Counted from the first letter of the stretch, positions 38,601 to 53,600 are shown. The stretch: 64,000 nt of DNA from Lingula anatina (GCA_051362555.1 CM120641.1:12524001-12588000); one strand, 5' to 3'. Numbers and translations are program-made. Notes: generated from the letters alone by a model not told the origin.

Positions 38601-41600
38601 TGTTAAGGTACATTCCAAGTGGTAGTATTGATGACTTATAATTTCCTTTTGGAAACAACTTCATTTTAAAGAAAACCTACGCAAGTATCTTACGAACATT
38701 TGATGTATTATACTGACTGTCAATTAAAAGTTTCATTTCCCCTTAAGAGCAATTTGTCCATGGTATAAATTCAAATATGAAGTAGTGGCATCTAAATTGA
38801 TATTATGTAGCCTAGAATAATTTATACCTTTTAAATTTTCATAAGAAATGGAGGAAACTGTAGAAGTGATCCAGGTTCAGCCAGAGAAAATGGATGTGTC
38901 TGAGACCAGGGAAGTGACCAGAGTGGTCCAGCAGGAGGTTGTGGATGAGGCAGGTGACATGCAGCCCCCCAGGTTCTCAAAGCCTATTCAGCCACAGGTA
39001 AGAACTAAAATGCCTTGGCTAAAACCATGAGGCTAAGTGAAAAAACTTTCTTTTGGCCTTTTGCAAATGGCAGAGAGTGAACCTATGAAGCAGAAAAAAT
39101 ATTTGACAAATAAAAAAAGAAAAAAATACTCAAGATGTAGTTGATAGATAACAATTTCGTAGTAGCAGTTTAATATGTATGATGAGAAGGGTGAATTCTT
39201 ACATTTTCAGGTTGTGAATGATGGTGATGATGTGACATTCAGCTGTGTTGTCTCTGGTCAACCTACCCCAGAGGTCACATGGTACAGGGACCAGGAGAAA
39301 CTGACCCCCAATGAGGATATTACCATCACGTATAAAGAAGAGACTGGTGAATGTACTCTTTTGATGTATGGTATCTTTCCTGAAGATGCCGCCGTTTATT
39401 CTGTGACAGCCACCAACCCAGTGGGCAAAGCTACCATCTCTGCCAATTTGATTGTGCAGAGTAAGTGTATTAGAATGACTCATTTTGATGATATTTTGAT
39501 AACGATGTCAACTGATGATAGTTCATAAAATTACATAGAAATAAAAAAAAAGATATTTATGTTAAGAACCAGCATTGTATACGTATTGACTTATTAGTTT
39601 TTGGGTTAAAAGGCATAGTTTAGCTGTTTTAGAAATAAAATGTGTACACAGCTTATGGTTAGACAATTTCTGAGCAATGAGGCAAATTAAAATTATTATT
39701 TTTTAAAAGAAAGTTATCAGTCATATGCCATATATAAAAATTCAGGTCCAGAAGAGGGTCCTATCATTGAGACCACAACTACTGTCGTCAAGAAAGAAAC
39801 CATCTCACAGATTTCCGAGTCAGAAGGTGAGACAGAGAGGCACTTGACTGTAATTGAGCAGCAATCCCCAGAGTTCACCAAGACACTGAAGCAGACGACA
39901 GAGGTCACAGAGGGAGAAACCGCTGTGTAGGTTCCCATTTGTTCTTACCCTGTTTTATGGATTTCTCAGCCATGACATATAAAGAAACTGTTCAGAAGAC
40001 GGGTGGTAGTGTCCTATTTTGTAGTTATAGTCATGCAATTCTTGTTTTGAAAATGAAGAAAGGAAGTTTAAATTAAAATAAAAGCTTGAAGGTTAAATGG
40101 ACAAAACCTTGTTTTATAAAAATGTTAAAAATCTTTTAGAAAAAAAGAAAGAAAAAAAGGCAAGTCAGAAGATTTTAAATACAAGTGTTTATTTACAGAC
40201 TTAAAGTTGAGATAGAGGCTGAGCCCAAGCCTAAGGTCACATGGCATGTCAATGGGCTGGAAGTCATGCCCAGCAAACACCTTCAGGTGGATGTCATGGA
40301 GAAAGTCTCTGTGTTGAAGATATTTAATGTGACACCTGAGGATGCAGGGGACTATGTATGCAAGGCTGAGAATGAGCTGGGAGAGATGTCTTGTACTACC
40401 ACTCTTGTTGTTAACAGTGAGTTTGATTTTCCGTTGAAGTTATTATAAAATTAAATGCGAAAAAAATGACTGTTTATATGGCAGGTCAGTTACAGGTAGT
40501 ATTTACAATTACACCAATTAATGAAAAGGCCAAAGATGGTTTTGGTTCTTGTTCACAAAATTACTTGGAACCCAGGTAAATTTTTCTGTTGGTTTAGTGG
40601 ATATTGAAGTGAATTAAGCTAATGTATAGCCCTTCAAGTTAAATTTTGTTTAAAATGATGTACAAAGAGTTTTAAGGTTTTAAAAGGAAAATAATTTTTA
40701 TATCTTTGTTTATAGAGCCAAAGACTGTTGAACTTAAACCAGCCCCTGGGGATAAGGTCCCAGTAACAGAAAAACCAGCAGAGCAGGCTACTGCAGGCAA
40801 GCTACCAGCCTCATCAGAATCTTCCTCAAAATCTGAGTCTGAACAAGAAAAATTCCCTGAAAAAGAGGGTGAACGTTCCCCAACAGAGCCAGTTGAAATG
40901 CCTGTAGAAGAACAAGTGCCAGAAGAACAGCCAGTTGTGATTGGTGAGGCACCAGACTTCATCAAGCCTCTCTGCTCACAGAATGTCATGGATGGAGACA
41001 GTGTCACTTTCCATGTGAAATTCACAGGTTACCCAGCACCAACAATCACATGGTTTCATAATAAAAAACTTGTTGAACCAGGACCTGACTTCAGACTGGG
41101 CACTGACCGTGAAAGAGGGGACAGCATTCTTCTTATCCCAGAGGTCTTCCCTGAGGATAAAGGAGAATACATGGCAATAGCAGTCAATGACTTTGGCATG
41201 GCCGAGACAACATGCAGGCTCATTATAATAAGTAAGTTCACAATTATATAAAGATTAATTGCCAACCTTAGAATTACTTAAAATTTCTTAATAATAGATA
41301 TCATACAGGTGAAAAAGAAACAAAGGTTCCCCCATTTTTTATATGTTTTAAAATTTTGTAATATACTTTATGAATTTAAAAGTGATGAATTTGATGAATT
41401 TGCTCTGTTGACATTGCCATAAATCATGCTCATTTGGTTTTTAGCATCAGAATCGGAGCAGTCCTTTGATTCCTCTGAAGAAGAGAAATCTTACAAAGTG
41501 GTAAAAGATACAGATGTTCATACCCAGATGACACAGATATCTCAGCAACAGCTGCCGGAGGAGCTTCAAATCCGGATCCAGTCTCCAGAACAGCCTGTTC

Positions 41601-44600
41601 CAGGAGAAGATGAGGAGCATTACCAGGAGACAGTGGAGGTCCAGGAGTACAGAGATGCCTCTCAGGAATACGAGATCAAATTTGAACCACACAAGCCAGT
41701 CACAAGCACGGCGGAAGTGCAGCAAGTTTTACAACCACAGCCTCAAGGGTACAAGATGGACATTGAAATTCAGGGTGCCCCCAGTGAGACCAGCTCCATT
41801 GTGGTGCAGCCAAAAAGTGAAGAGGTTTCTCCTGAAGTACGCCAGACTCAGCAAGTCATTATCAGTTTGGAACACCCAGAGAAAAAGAGCACTGAGGTGC
41901 GCAGAGAGGAGACTCACACAGAAGAGGTTGATGGGACAGTGAAACATGAAATCCGTACCATGGTATCCAAAGAGAGTGAAATCACAACATCAGATGTGGA
42001 AGAGACAGAGGAGTACTGGACTGAGACTTTGTCCGAGTCAGAGAAAGAAGTTATGCTGCAGGAAGAGTATGTGGTGCCAGAGGAAGTCCCTGAGTGGGCA
42101 GTAGCACCACAGTTCACTTGGGGTCTCATGTCTCTGAAAGTCATGGATGGAGAGGAGGTGAAATTTTGCTGTGAAGTCACTGGCACTCCCTCACCCACAA
42201 TCACCTGGTACAAGAACAATAAACTGCTTAAAGAGAACCAGGACTTTAAGATGGAGTATAGCCCAGAGTCTCACTCCTGCACTCTGATGATAGTAGAAGT
42301 CTTCCCTCAAGATTCTGGAGAATACAAGTGTGTGGCTAGGAATATTGCAGGCCAGGCTATAACATCTGCTATGCTGGAGGTTGAATGTAAGTTTGATACC
42401 AGATGTTTATTGTTTGTAACCATAATCTTATTTATTGTTAAAAGTGTATTCTGATAGACAAATTGTATTTTCTTTAACATATCAGTTTTTAGCTTTGCAG
42501 TATTTATAGACTCTTATACTCTTGTATTTATAAATTTTGTCAGATTTGGGATGGCACACGTTTGATTGCTTATCTTCTTTTACAGCCTATGAATATGTTG
42601 CTGATACGGAAGAAGCTTCAGAATCCTTGATGTCATCAGCCTCAGTAGGGTCAGCTTCCCCAGTCAGGCTTGCCAGCACTGATCAGGTCACATTGCTGTC
42701 AGAAACACACCAAATTGTTGAAGAACTAGAGAGACTCAGAGCCCACATTCACGAGCAGTTTTCCAGTGGAGAATCTGAAAAATCAGAGGTTACGGCCAAA
42801 ACTTGGAAGACTCAGCTTTCTGAAGAGGTGTTTGAAGCTACTCCTCAAGACATGAAACCTGAGGAAGCCAAGGACTTACCTGTTAGTGTCTCAGAAATGT
42901 CTGTAACACCAGGAGAAGTCACAGTTACCTTTGATTCTTCCAAAATTTCTCAGGAAGAGAAGAAAGTTGAGCAACAAGTAGCCAAAGATGAAACAGACTT
43001 TGTGAGTGAGGTATCTTTTGAGACTACTCCTCAGCAGTTACAGAAACAAGAGATTATCATTGAATTTGGAAAACCAGCTCCATCAACAACAGAAATGAGG
43101 GCTGCAGCTCAAGGGCCAGTTGAGGAACAACTCGTTGTTGAAGAAATACCAGCAGAAATCCAACCAGATGTTGCTGAGAGAAAGGAGATCACAGTTGAAG
43201 TAGCAAAGCCAGAGACTGAACGTAAAGAAATGGTAGCACAACCTCAGCTAATGACAACAACCGAAGAGGTAGCTGAAGAGGAATTCTATGATGCTTTGGA
43301 AGAACATGCCATGAAAGATGAGGAAGTGTCAGCTGAGCTTCAAACCACTGTTCCAAAAAGGCCAGAGTCTAGGACAGTACAACAGCAAATTGAAACAGTT
43401 GAACAAACAATAGAAGACTTCAAAGATGGTCCTAAACAGACTTCTGTTCAACCTGAAGAAACTATACAAGAACTTGGGGAAGCTGAAAGAGCTGTGCCTG
43501 AAAGTAGGGCATCAGAGCAAAAGCACATCACTGAACACATGGTTTCAGAAGATGTTTTGCCTGATGTGGGTGAAGAAACAAAGAGTGAAGAGCAGATAAT
43601 TGTTGAATTAAAACCCTCTGAAGCAAAAGGTACCGAAGCTCTTACTGAAGAACAACAAACAATTGCTGAACAAGAGGCTGCTGAACATGTGGCTCCAGTT
43701 GAAGAAGAAACCAAAGGCACTGAAGAAGTCAGAGTTGATTTGGCTGGTGCTGCGAAAGCTGCAGAAGAAACTAGAACAGAAGAACAAAAGGCAGTCTTAG
43801 AACAAGAGGCTGCTGAACATGTGGCTCCAGAGGAAGAAGAAACCAAAGGCACTGAAGAAGTCAGAGTTGATTTGGCTGGTGCTGACAAAGCTGCAGAAGA
43901 AACTAGAACAGAAGAACAAAAGGCAGTCTTGGAGCAAGAGGCTGCTGAACATGTGGCTCCAGTCGAAGAAGAAACCAAAGGCACTGAAGAAGTCAGGGTT
44001 GATTTAGCTGGTGCTGAGAAAGGTGCAGAAGAAACTAGAACAGCAGAACAAAAGACAGTCTTAGAACAAGAGGCTGCTGAACATGTGGCTCCAGTTGAAG
44101 AAGAAACCAAAGGCACTGAAGAAGTCAGAGTTGATTTGGCTGGTGCTGACAAAGCTGCAGAAGAAACTAGAACAGAAGAACAAAAGGCAATCACTGAACA
44201 AGAGGCTGCTGAACATGTGGCTCCAGTTGAAGAAGACACCAAAGGCACTGAAGAAGTCAGGGTTGATTTGGCTGGTGCTGACAAAGCTGCAGAAGAAACT
44301 AGAACAGAAGAACAAAAGGCAATCACTGAACAAGAGGCTGCTGAACACGAGGCTCCAGTTGAGGAAGAAACCAAAGGCACTGAAGAAGTCAGGGTTGATT
44401 TGGCTGGTGCTGACAAAGCTGCAGAAGAAACTAGAACAGAAGAACAAAAGGCAGTCATGGAGCAAGAGGCTGCTGAACATGAGGCTCCAGTGGAAGAAGA
44501 AACCAAAGGCACTGAAGAAGTCAGGGTTGATTTAGCTGGTGCTGAGAAAGCTGCAGAAGAAACAAGAACAGCAGAACAAAAGACAGTCTTAGAACAAGAG

Positions 44601-47600
44601 GCTGCTGAACATGAGGCTCCAGTTGAAGAAGAAACCAAAGGCACTGAAGAAGTCAGGGTTGATTTGGCTGGTGCTGACAAAGCTGCAGAAGAAACTAGAT
44701 CAGCAGAACAAAAGACAATCACTGAACAAGAGGCTGCTGAACATGTGGCTCCAGCTGAAGAAGAAACCAAAGGCACTGAAGAAGTCAGAGTTGATTTGGC
44801 TGGTGCTGAGAAAGCTGCAGAAGAAACTAGAACAGCAGAACAAAAGACAATCACAGAACAAGAGGTTGCTGAACATGTGGCTCCAGAGGAAGAAGAAACC
44901 AAAGGCACTGAAGAAGTCAGAGTTGATTTGGCTGGTGCTGAGAAAGCTGCAGAAGAAACTAGAACAGCAGAGCAAAAGACAATCACAGAACAAGAGGCTG
45001 CTGAACATGTGGCTCCAGAGGAAGAAGAAACCAAAGGCACTGAAGAAGTCAGAGTTGATTTGGCTGGTGCTGAGAAAGCTGCAGAAGAAACTAGAACAGC
45101 AGAACAAAAGACAGTCTTAGAACAAGAGGCTGCTGAACATGTGGCTCCAGTTGAAGAAGAAACCAAAGGCACTGAAGAAGTCAGGGTTGATTTGGCTGGT
45201 GCTGACAAAGCTGCAGAAGAAACTAGAACAGCAGAACAAAAGACAGTCTTAGAACAAGAGGCTGCTGAACATGTGGCTCCAGTTGAAGAAGAAACCAAAG
45301 GCACTGAAGAAGTCAGGGTTGATTTGGCTGGTGCTGACAAAGCTGCAGAAGAAACTAGAACAGAAGAACAAAAGGCAATCACTGAACAAGAGGCTGCTGA
45401 ACATGTGGCTCCAGTTGAAGAAGACACCAAAGGCACTGAAGAAGTCAGAGTTGATTTGGCTGGTGGTGAGAAAGCTGCAGAAGAAACTAGAACAGAAGAA
45501 CAAAAGGCAATCACTGAACAAGAGGCTGCTGAACATGTGGCTCCAGCTGAAGAAGAAACCAAAGGCACTGAAGAAGTCAGAGTTGATTTGGCTGGTGCTG
45601 AGAAAGCTGCAGAAGAAACTAGAACAGCAGAACAAAAGACAATCACAGAACAAGAGGCTGCTGAACATGTGGCTCCAGAGGAAGAAGAAACCAAAGGCAC
45701 TGAAGAAGTCAGAGTTGATTTGGCTGGTGCTGAGAAAGCTGCAGAAGAAACTAGAACAGAAGAACAAAAGGCAGACTTAGAACAAGAGGTTGCTGAACAT
45801 GTGGCTCCAGTTGAAGAAGTAACCAAAGGCACAGAAGAAGTCAGGGTTGATTTAGCTGGTGCTGAGAAAGCTGCAGAAGAAACTAGAACAGAAGAACAAA
45901 AGGCAGACTTAGAACAAGAGGCTGCTGAACACGAAGCTCCAATTGAAGAAGAAACCAAAGGCACTGAAGAAGTCAGAGTTGATTTGGCTGGTGCTGAGAA
46001 AGCTGCAGAAGAAACTAGAACAGAAGAACAAAAGGCAGACTTAGAACAAGAGGTTGCTGAACATGTGGCTCCAGTTGAAGAAGAGACCAAAGGCACTGAA
46101 GAAGTCAGGGTTGATTTGGGTGGTGCTGACAAAGCTGCAGAAGAAACTAGAACAGAAGAACAAAAGGCAATCACTGAACAAGAGGCTGCTGAACACGAGG
46201 CTCCAGTTGAGGAAGAAACCAAAGGCACTGAAGAAGTCAGAGTTGATTTGGCTGGTGCTGACAAAGCTGCAGAAGAAACTAGAACAGAAGAACAAAAGGC
46301 AGACTTAGAACAAGAGGCTGCTGAACACGAGGCTCCAATTGAAGAAGAAACTAAAGGCACTGAAGAAGTCAGAGTTGATTTGGCTGGTGCTGACAAAGCT
46401 GCAGAAGAAACTAGAACAGCAGAACAAAAGACAATCACAGAACAAGAGGCTGCTGAACATGTGGCTCCAGAGGAAGAAGAAACCATAGGCACTGAAGAAG
46501 TCAGGGTTGATTTGGCTGGTGCTGACAAAGCTGCAGAAGAAACTAGAACAGCAGAGCAAAAGACAATCACAGAACAAGAGGCTGCTGAACATGTGACTCC
46601 AGAGGAAGAAGAAACCAAAGGCACTGAAGAAATCAGGGTTGATTTGGCTGGTGCTGACAAAGCTGCAGAAGAAACTAGAACAGCAGAGCAAAAGACAATC
46701 ACAGAACAAGAGGCTGCTGAACATGTGACTCCAGAGGAAGAAGAAACCAAAGGCACTGAAGAAGTCAGAGTTGATTTGGCTGGTGCTGACAAAGCTGCAG
46801 AAGAAACTAGAACAGCAGAGCAAAAGACAATCACAGAACAAGAGGCTGCTGAACATGTGGCTCCAGAGGAAGAAGAAACCAAAGGCACTGAAGAAGTCAG
46901 AGTTGATTTGGCTGGTGCTGAGAAAGCTGCAGAAGAAACGAGAACAGCAGAACAAAAGGCAGTCTTAGAACAAGAGGCAGCTGAACATTTGGCACCAGAG
47001 GAAGAAGAAACCAAAGGCACTGAAGAAGTCAGAGTTGATTTGGCTGGTGCTGAGAAAGCTGCAGAAGAAACTAGAACAGCAGAGCAAAAGACAATCACAG
47101 AACAAGAGGCTGCTGAACATGTGGCCCCAGTTGAAGAAGAAACCAAAGGCACTGAAGAAGTCAGAGTTGATTTGGCTGGTGCTGAGAAAGCGGCAGAAGA
47201 AACTAGAACAGCAGAACAAAAGGCAGTCTTAGAACAAGAGGCTGCTGAACATGTGGCTCCAGTAGAAGAAGAAACCAAAGGCACTGAAGAAGTCAGGGTT
47301 GATTTGGCTGGTGCTGAGAAAGCTGCAGAAGAAACTAGAACAGCAGAACAAAAGGCAGTCTTAGAACAAGAGGCTGCTGAACACGTTGCTCCAGTTGAAG
47401 AAGAAACCAAAGTCACCGAAGAAGTTAGGGTTGACTTGGCTGGTGCTGATAAGGTTACAGAACAATCAAGAACAGAGGAACAACAGGCAATCACAATACC
47501 AGAGATGACAGAGGAGGTTGTTCCTGAGAGTAGGGAAACACCTTCTTCAGATGAGATAGTAAGTGACCTTGCTGAAGCAGAAAAACAAACTGCAGAGACT

Positions 47601-50600
47601 AGAGCTGAAGAACAGAAAGCTCCAGCAGAGCTAGAAGAAGCAGCTGAAGTTGCATCTGCTCTGGAAGAAAAGAAGGAGATGGAGGAAGTAACAACAGAGT
47701 TAACATCAGCAGAGACACAAGCCCCACAAACAATGACACAGGAACAGGTCTCATTAACTGTTGAAGAATCTACTGAACAGACACCTAGTGAGGTCTCAGA
47801 GGAAGCCAAGAGTGCCAAAGAATCTTTGGTTGAATTAGGTAAAGCTGATGAGAAATCTGAAGTCACAGTGCAAGAAACCTGGAGTGAGGAGGAAATGCAG
47901 GAGATAAAACAATATGCAGAAGAAGTATCCAGTGTTATTGTGTCTCAAGCACAAGAGATATTGGTAGACTCTATCACATCAACTACTCCAAAAATGACCT
48001 TGGAAGAAGAAGAAGTTGTTCCTGTTCAGCTAACTCAGAAACTTGAAATTGAAGAAACCCCATTGGTTCAGAAACCAGAAGAAGTTGAAACCTCCGAAGA
48101 AAGTATTCTAGTAACACAAAAGGTGGAGACTGTTGAGGTGCCTGAGGATAGCCTACTAGTTGCACCTAGCTTTGATAACATGCTGGAAGATGTTACCACC
48201 AGGGAAGGAAAACAAGTAAAATTCCAGGTCATTGTTAGAGGAGTACCAACACCTAAAGTCACATGGTATTTGGATGAAGAAGAAATAGAAGAAACTGAAG
48301 AAACATTTGTAATGACTTATGAGCGCAATGTAGCCACACTTATTATCTTGAAAGTTGTACCTGAGGATGAAGGAGATTACATGGTTAAGGCAGAGAATGC
48401 AGCAGGAGAGTGTACATCCACTGCGTTTCTTCAAGTGCTTGGGCCTGAAGAAGATAAGCCAGAAGAAGAGGAGGAGGAAGAAGAAATGTTCGAGGAAACT
48501 GTTGTGGAAGAAAAGAAATCGTGGGTTGAAGTGAGAACTGATCTTGTTCAGAAACCAAAACCTGAGGATGAAGAGAAATTTAGAGAGACCATCACTGTTG
48601 AAAAACCCGAACAAGAAGTGGAAGAAGAAGAGGAAACATTTGAAGAAACTGTTATAGAAGACAAGAAATCTTGGGTGGAGGTCAGAACTGATGTTGTCCG
48701 AAAGAAACCAAAAATAGAGCAAACATCTGAGGAGACTGTAACTGTTCAAAAAACACTCCAAGAATTGGAGATGGCAGGAGACACTATACTGGTTTCACAA
48801 AAACCAGAAACAATAGAACTTCCCCAAGAAATGGCGCCTGAGATGTTCCAAGAGACCATCTTGGTTGAAAAACAACCACAACCAGTTGATGTTGAAATAA
48901 CTACACAAAAGCCACAACCACAAACATTCCAAGAAGCTATCTCCATTGAGAAAGGCCCAGAAGAAGGAGGCCCACAGGAGAGAACACAAATTGAAAAATC
49001 TTTTGAGGTTATGGAAACAGAATTTGGGACAACTACAATTGAAAGGCAGCAGACAACTACCACAGTGCAGTTTGAATTTGAAAAGCCAGAACAAAGGGAG
49101 ACAACAGTAGAAATAACAGAGTTGACAGCACCCGTGTTTGAGATACCATTGACTGATGTCACTTGCCGAGAGAGGCACTCAGTCACTCTAGAATGCCGAG
49201 TCACTGGGGTCCCCATGCCTCAGGTGAGATGGTACTTAGATGAAGATGAACTAGAACTTACTTCCAACTACAAGGTTACTTATGATAGAGGTGTCTGTAA
49301 GCTGGTTATACTTGAGGTATCAGATGCAGATGAAGGGGAGTACATGGTGAAAGCTGTCAATGAAGCTGGTGAGAGCACCTCCACAGGATATCTCACTGTA
49401 GAAGGTAGGTAAAAGGAGAATCACTTGTTATGCATCATATTGTTATACTTGGACATGACATAATACCGTTTAATGCTGTTTGAAAGAAATGCAAATTTGA
49501 TGAAATGTTTTGTGCACATTCAATTGAGTTTCTTCAAAATTCTATGCACTTCCTTAAGCTGAATGCCTTGAACTCGTGATATGAATAAAATTTGGGGGTA
49601 TTTTATATTAAACAAATTTGCATGTAATACATTTGAATAAAACTTGCTAAAGAATTCGAAATATATGTTTGCATTGCAGCACCTGAAGAAGAACAACCAA
49701 GGGAGACAACTGAGGAGACAGTCCAAATTGTTCAACATGTGGCTGACGTGACAGAAACAGTGGTTGAACAAATCACAGAAGTTGAGGAGCTCAGAGAAGT
49801 TCCTGTCTTCACTAGAACTCTTCACACTATAGATACAGTAGAAGGCAAGCCAGTGACTTTCGAATGTTATGTCACAGGTCACCCTGAGCCAACGATTAAG
49901 TGGTATCAGGTAAGTTCTTTTGGAAGGTTCATTGATGTTAGGAAATATTGATATAATTATGGAGATATGTGTGATCAGTGTTTGTGCAGAGTTTGATTTA
50001 TTGTAGTAGATGCCTTAATTTTTTCAGCAATGCATATCATGAAATAGCTAGAAAATTTCTTGAAAGTGTGAATAGATGAGAGTGCATTAAAAGATTGAAT
50101 ATCCTGAATTTAAAATGTTAATATCTAAGAAATAATTGTTTTCGTAAAATAGCACATTTACGATGCCTTCTGTAATAGATATTTGAAAAAAAAAATTTTT
50201 TTAAAGATTAAATGTTTATGCCTTTTTTTATAATAATAGGAGAATGTTGAGATCCAGACCAGTGATCACCTGCAGATAAGTTACAAAGATGGCCGTTGCA
50301 CACTTCACATACCCAGCTGTACACTGGAGGATGAAGCAGACTATGTGTGCGAGGCCGTTAATGAAGCTGGCAAAATTACAACATGGGCCGAACTTTTCGT
50401 TGAAAGTAAGCCACTGTTGATATTGCTTCGGCTCATTCTATTTTTGGTGTGTTTAGCAAGAGCAGTAGTAAGTATGGTGTCTGCTGCCTCTATTGCACTA
50501 GTGAGTTGTGTAGGATAGGTGGTGACAGTCAAAGTCAAGACAGGCTGGGAGCAACATTTTATAGAAGACACGGGGTGTATATTGGGTGGACTCGAGATGT

Positions 50601-53600
50601 AGATGCTATTGAGATAGAATTTCTCAAAAAAGTTTTTTGCTTTGCTATGATTTGGGCTGTTTATTTGTTGCCCTTATAGGTTTATAAGCTTTGCAACACT
50701 ATCTTTATTTTGTCTTATCCTGGGTGAAACTCTTTTCAACAGCGTTTATAGATATTCACCAGAAGATGGAAATTTCTTTAGTTTTCTTTTAGAAATTTTC
50801 TTTGGATTTACATTATGTTATGGAATGTTAATTATTTGATTGTTATTGCTTTGGTAAACCGTAAGATGGCTGTATATCATTTCACATGAGTTAATATGCT
50901 GTATTTTATTTATTTTTCTTTTTTCATCTTTTTTTTGCATTTCATTTTGTTTTTAATCACATAGTACTAGGTTCTAGTTCTAGGTAGCTTTGATAGAATA
51001 ACATAGTGCTCGTCAAAAGTTTAATTTTAATGCTAACTACAGAATTCAGTATTGACATGAGGTTTTGGAACATTGCATTTCCTGACAATGTTAGGACCAA
51101 TCCTGCATTCTCATTATGCAGATAATAATTTTTAGCACAATATGTGCCTCACTTTTATATAATTCTAATTCTACCTGTCATATGTCATAATATTTATGCT
51201 AGTCTTGGGGGAACTTTTTAAAACCTTTTTATCTTAATACTTCACTTCACTAAATACTTCATTTTCCTCAGCTTTCCACTCTTCTTAACTTAACTTCCTC
51301 TCTCTCTGGGGGTACATTCTACTTTAAGTTTGCACTGCTGTTGAAAGTGAAACCAATCACAGAAAACCCAATCAGAAGTGTTATTTTGTTCCTTGTCAGA
51401 AACATCTAACTAATTGCTCAGTTCTACAGTAATATTGAACACAGTGATTAATATATTTCCAAAATTTGCCGCCTCCCAGAACAAATGCAAATAACCTTTC
51501 ATTTTCAGTAACCCTATTATGTTTATTGGTAAGCTACCAAGCCATTCATCCTACAAATAACCCTCATAACTTAACATTAAAATAACCATTCCATATCTAA
51601 CTTAAAAACTCAACCTTGCCACAAGTATATAATTTTACTTTCTTTTCCCTTATTTGTACAGAGGCTATTGAAGAAGTTCTTTATGAAGAGTTCTATGAAA
51701 TTGAAGTTGACATACTCCTCAAGTGGCAGAAATCCCAATCAAGACAAAAGTCTGACAAAGAACTGATACCCCGGATTCTATAGTCGCGCTTTCCACTTTA
51801 TAAAAGCTTCTTTAAAAATTAAGCTTAGCATCATGGGAGCATTGAGATGAAATAGGTCAAACAGAAGAAAACAATCAAATCTTTTCTTGAACTATTAAAA
51901 GAAAAATTAGAAAACAAAATTAAAGAGCTGTTGGTGTGTCACTTAAACTATTTGGAATTACAAAAACATTTGGCATGTCTTCCCATTCTTCTTAGTTTTA
52001 CCGTCTGTTAGAACTTGTGTGAGTGCTGTCAGTGACCCTCCTCCCATGATGCTTTGCTCTGGTATGTTGTATATAATGTGATATAAATGAAATCTCTATT
52101 GTGATTGGTTGGGTTCACTTTCAACAGCATGGAAACAAATTAATCCATTTTTCCTAGTAATTATATATCTATATCCTTCACTCTGCAAACTAAAGAGCAG
52201 TAAGCTAACTGATTTATATCTTGTAAATCTAAATCACAATCATAACACAATAGGATTAGACATTCACCATCATATAGCTGGTAGTACTATTTAGATAGAA
52301 ACGGAACTTATTAAAATCCAGAGATTTGGAATATCTTGATTTTTAGAATGTGAAAAGGCTGAGGAAAGTGAACTCGATCAAACTCGTGAAGTTGAAGTCA
52401 CACATCAGGATGATAAAGCAAGATGTACAATAGGTTGGCAACCCCTCCCCATAGTGATGGTGGAAGATGGCAGCATGTGGATATTTATGATCATTTTCAT
52501 GCTATTGGCTATCGCCGTACAATTCATTGCGTGGCTCCTTAGTATTTCAGCAAATTCTTCAGACTTTACGTAATGATAATGACTTTCACAAATCAAACTT
52601 TTTTCTAGATCATGGCTGCTGAGGATGCAGCCTTTGAGAATTACATATTCTAAGAGTGATGCTGTTATTGTCACTTTGTTACTATGCTTGGTGTCTTTTT
52701 TTGAAGTTGTTACAGCATGGAACTTTTTGGCTGTCAGGCTATGAGATTGTTAAACCTTCTGCATTTGTTTAGTAGCATTTGTTATGTAGTCTCACCAGTT
52801 TCTTTTATATTCCACCCTTATGTGGTATACCCAATACAATTTCTAAGTCAAGAGGCTTGTGCAATGAAAAACTAACCAAATGCAGTAGGTAGTATTGAAA
52901 AACAATGTACCTAAGTTATTTCTAAGCAGGTGAGCTGCTAATTACATTTCAATAAAGAGGGGAGCCAGTAGGTAATTTTTAGAAATTTGACAAGTTGCCG
53001 TAGGATGATTAATAGTAGAAAAAAATTAGAGGTTTGGGAAAATTGGTGTGACTTCAATGAAAACATTGTAAATAGTGCGCATAGATGTAATAATAAAAGT
53101 ACTGTCTTTGTCATCGCAAACTGTATTTTGTTAATAATGAATTTTTATTTGTCATATCTGATCTGTATTGAAATTAAGCTCTAAACTTGCTGCACTCCCT
53201 GTAACTGCACTGTAAAACCCCTACGATCGTGCTCTGAATGCACCATGCTATATACGCTCACCTGCAGATGTAATTTAGGTAGACTGTCGTGTATCCCTTC
53301 TACCCATTGTATGTGTGTTGATTTGGTGTACTGTACATAACATATTGGAGTCAAGGTAGATATAGCTTTTAAGATGGTATGTGATATAAGATTAGAGTGG
53401 ATTTCAACCAACAAAGCTGTATTTATTAGTAGATTCCTTGATGTATTGTGAACCTCATATCAATGCATGTTCTTGCAAATGGATGTACCTAATGGAGCAT
53501 GTGCTATTATGAAAATCCCAAGTTTGTACTTACTTTTTTGAAAAGTTGTTTCATTGAATTTTGGCATGAACCAGCCCTCCAGACATTTTGTCAGCATTTA

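Noticed and set aside
43666-47490. Regular arrays as possible CRISPR or satellite
   Set aside because: No unique spacers, period divisible by 3, in-frame within a eukaryotic exon
43448-47866. 1472-aa minus-strand ORF rich in Ser/Ala/Cys
   Set aside because: Antisense shadow of the repeat: the sense frame lacks TTA/CTA/TCA in the relevant register and one stop-free unit is multiplied; no independent gene signals
53179-53278. GC-richer patch ending AG|gtagac
   Set aside because: No convincing acceptor; phase-1 frame stops after a few codons
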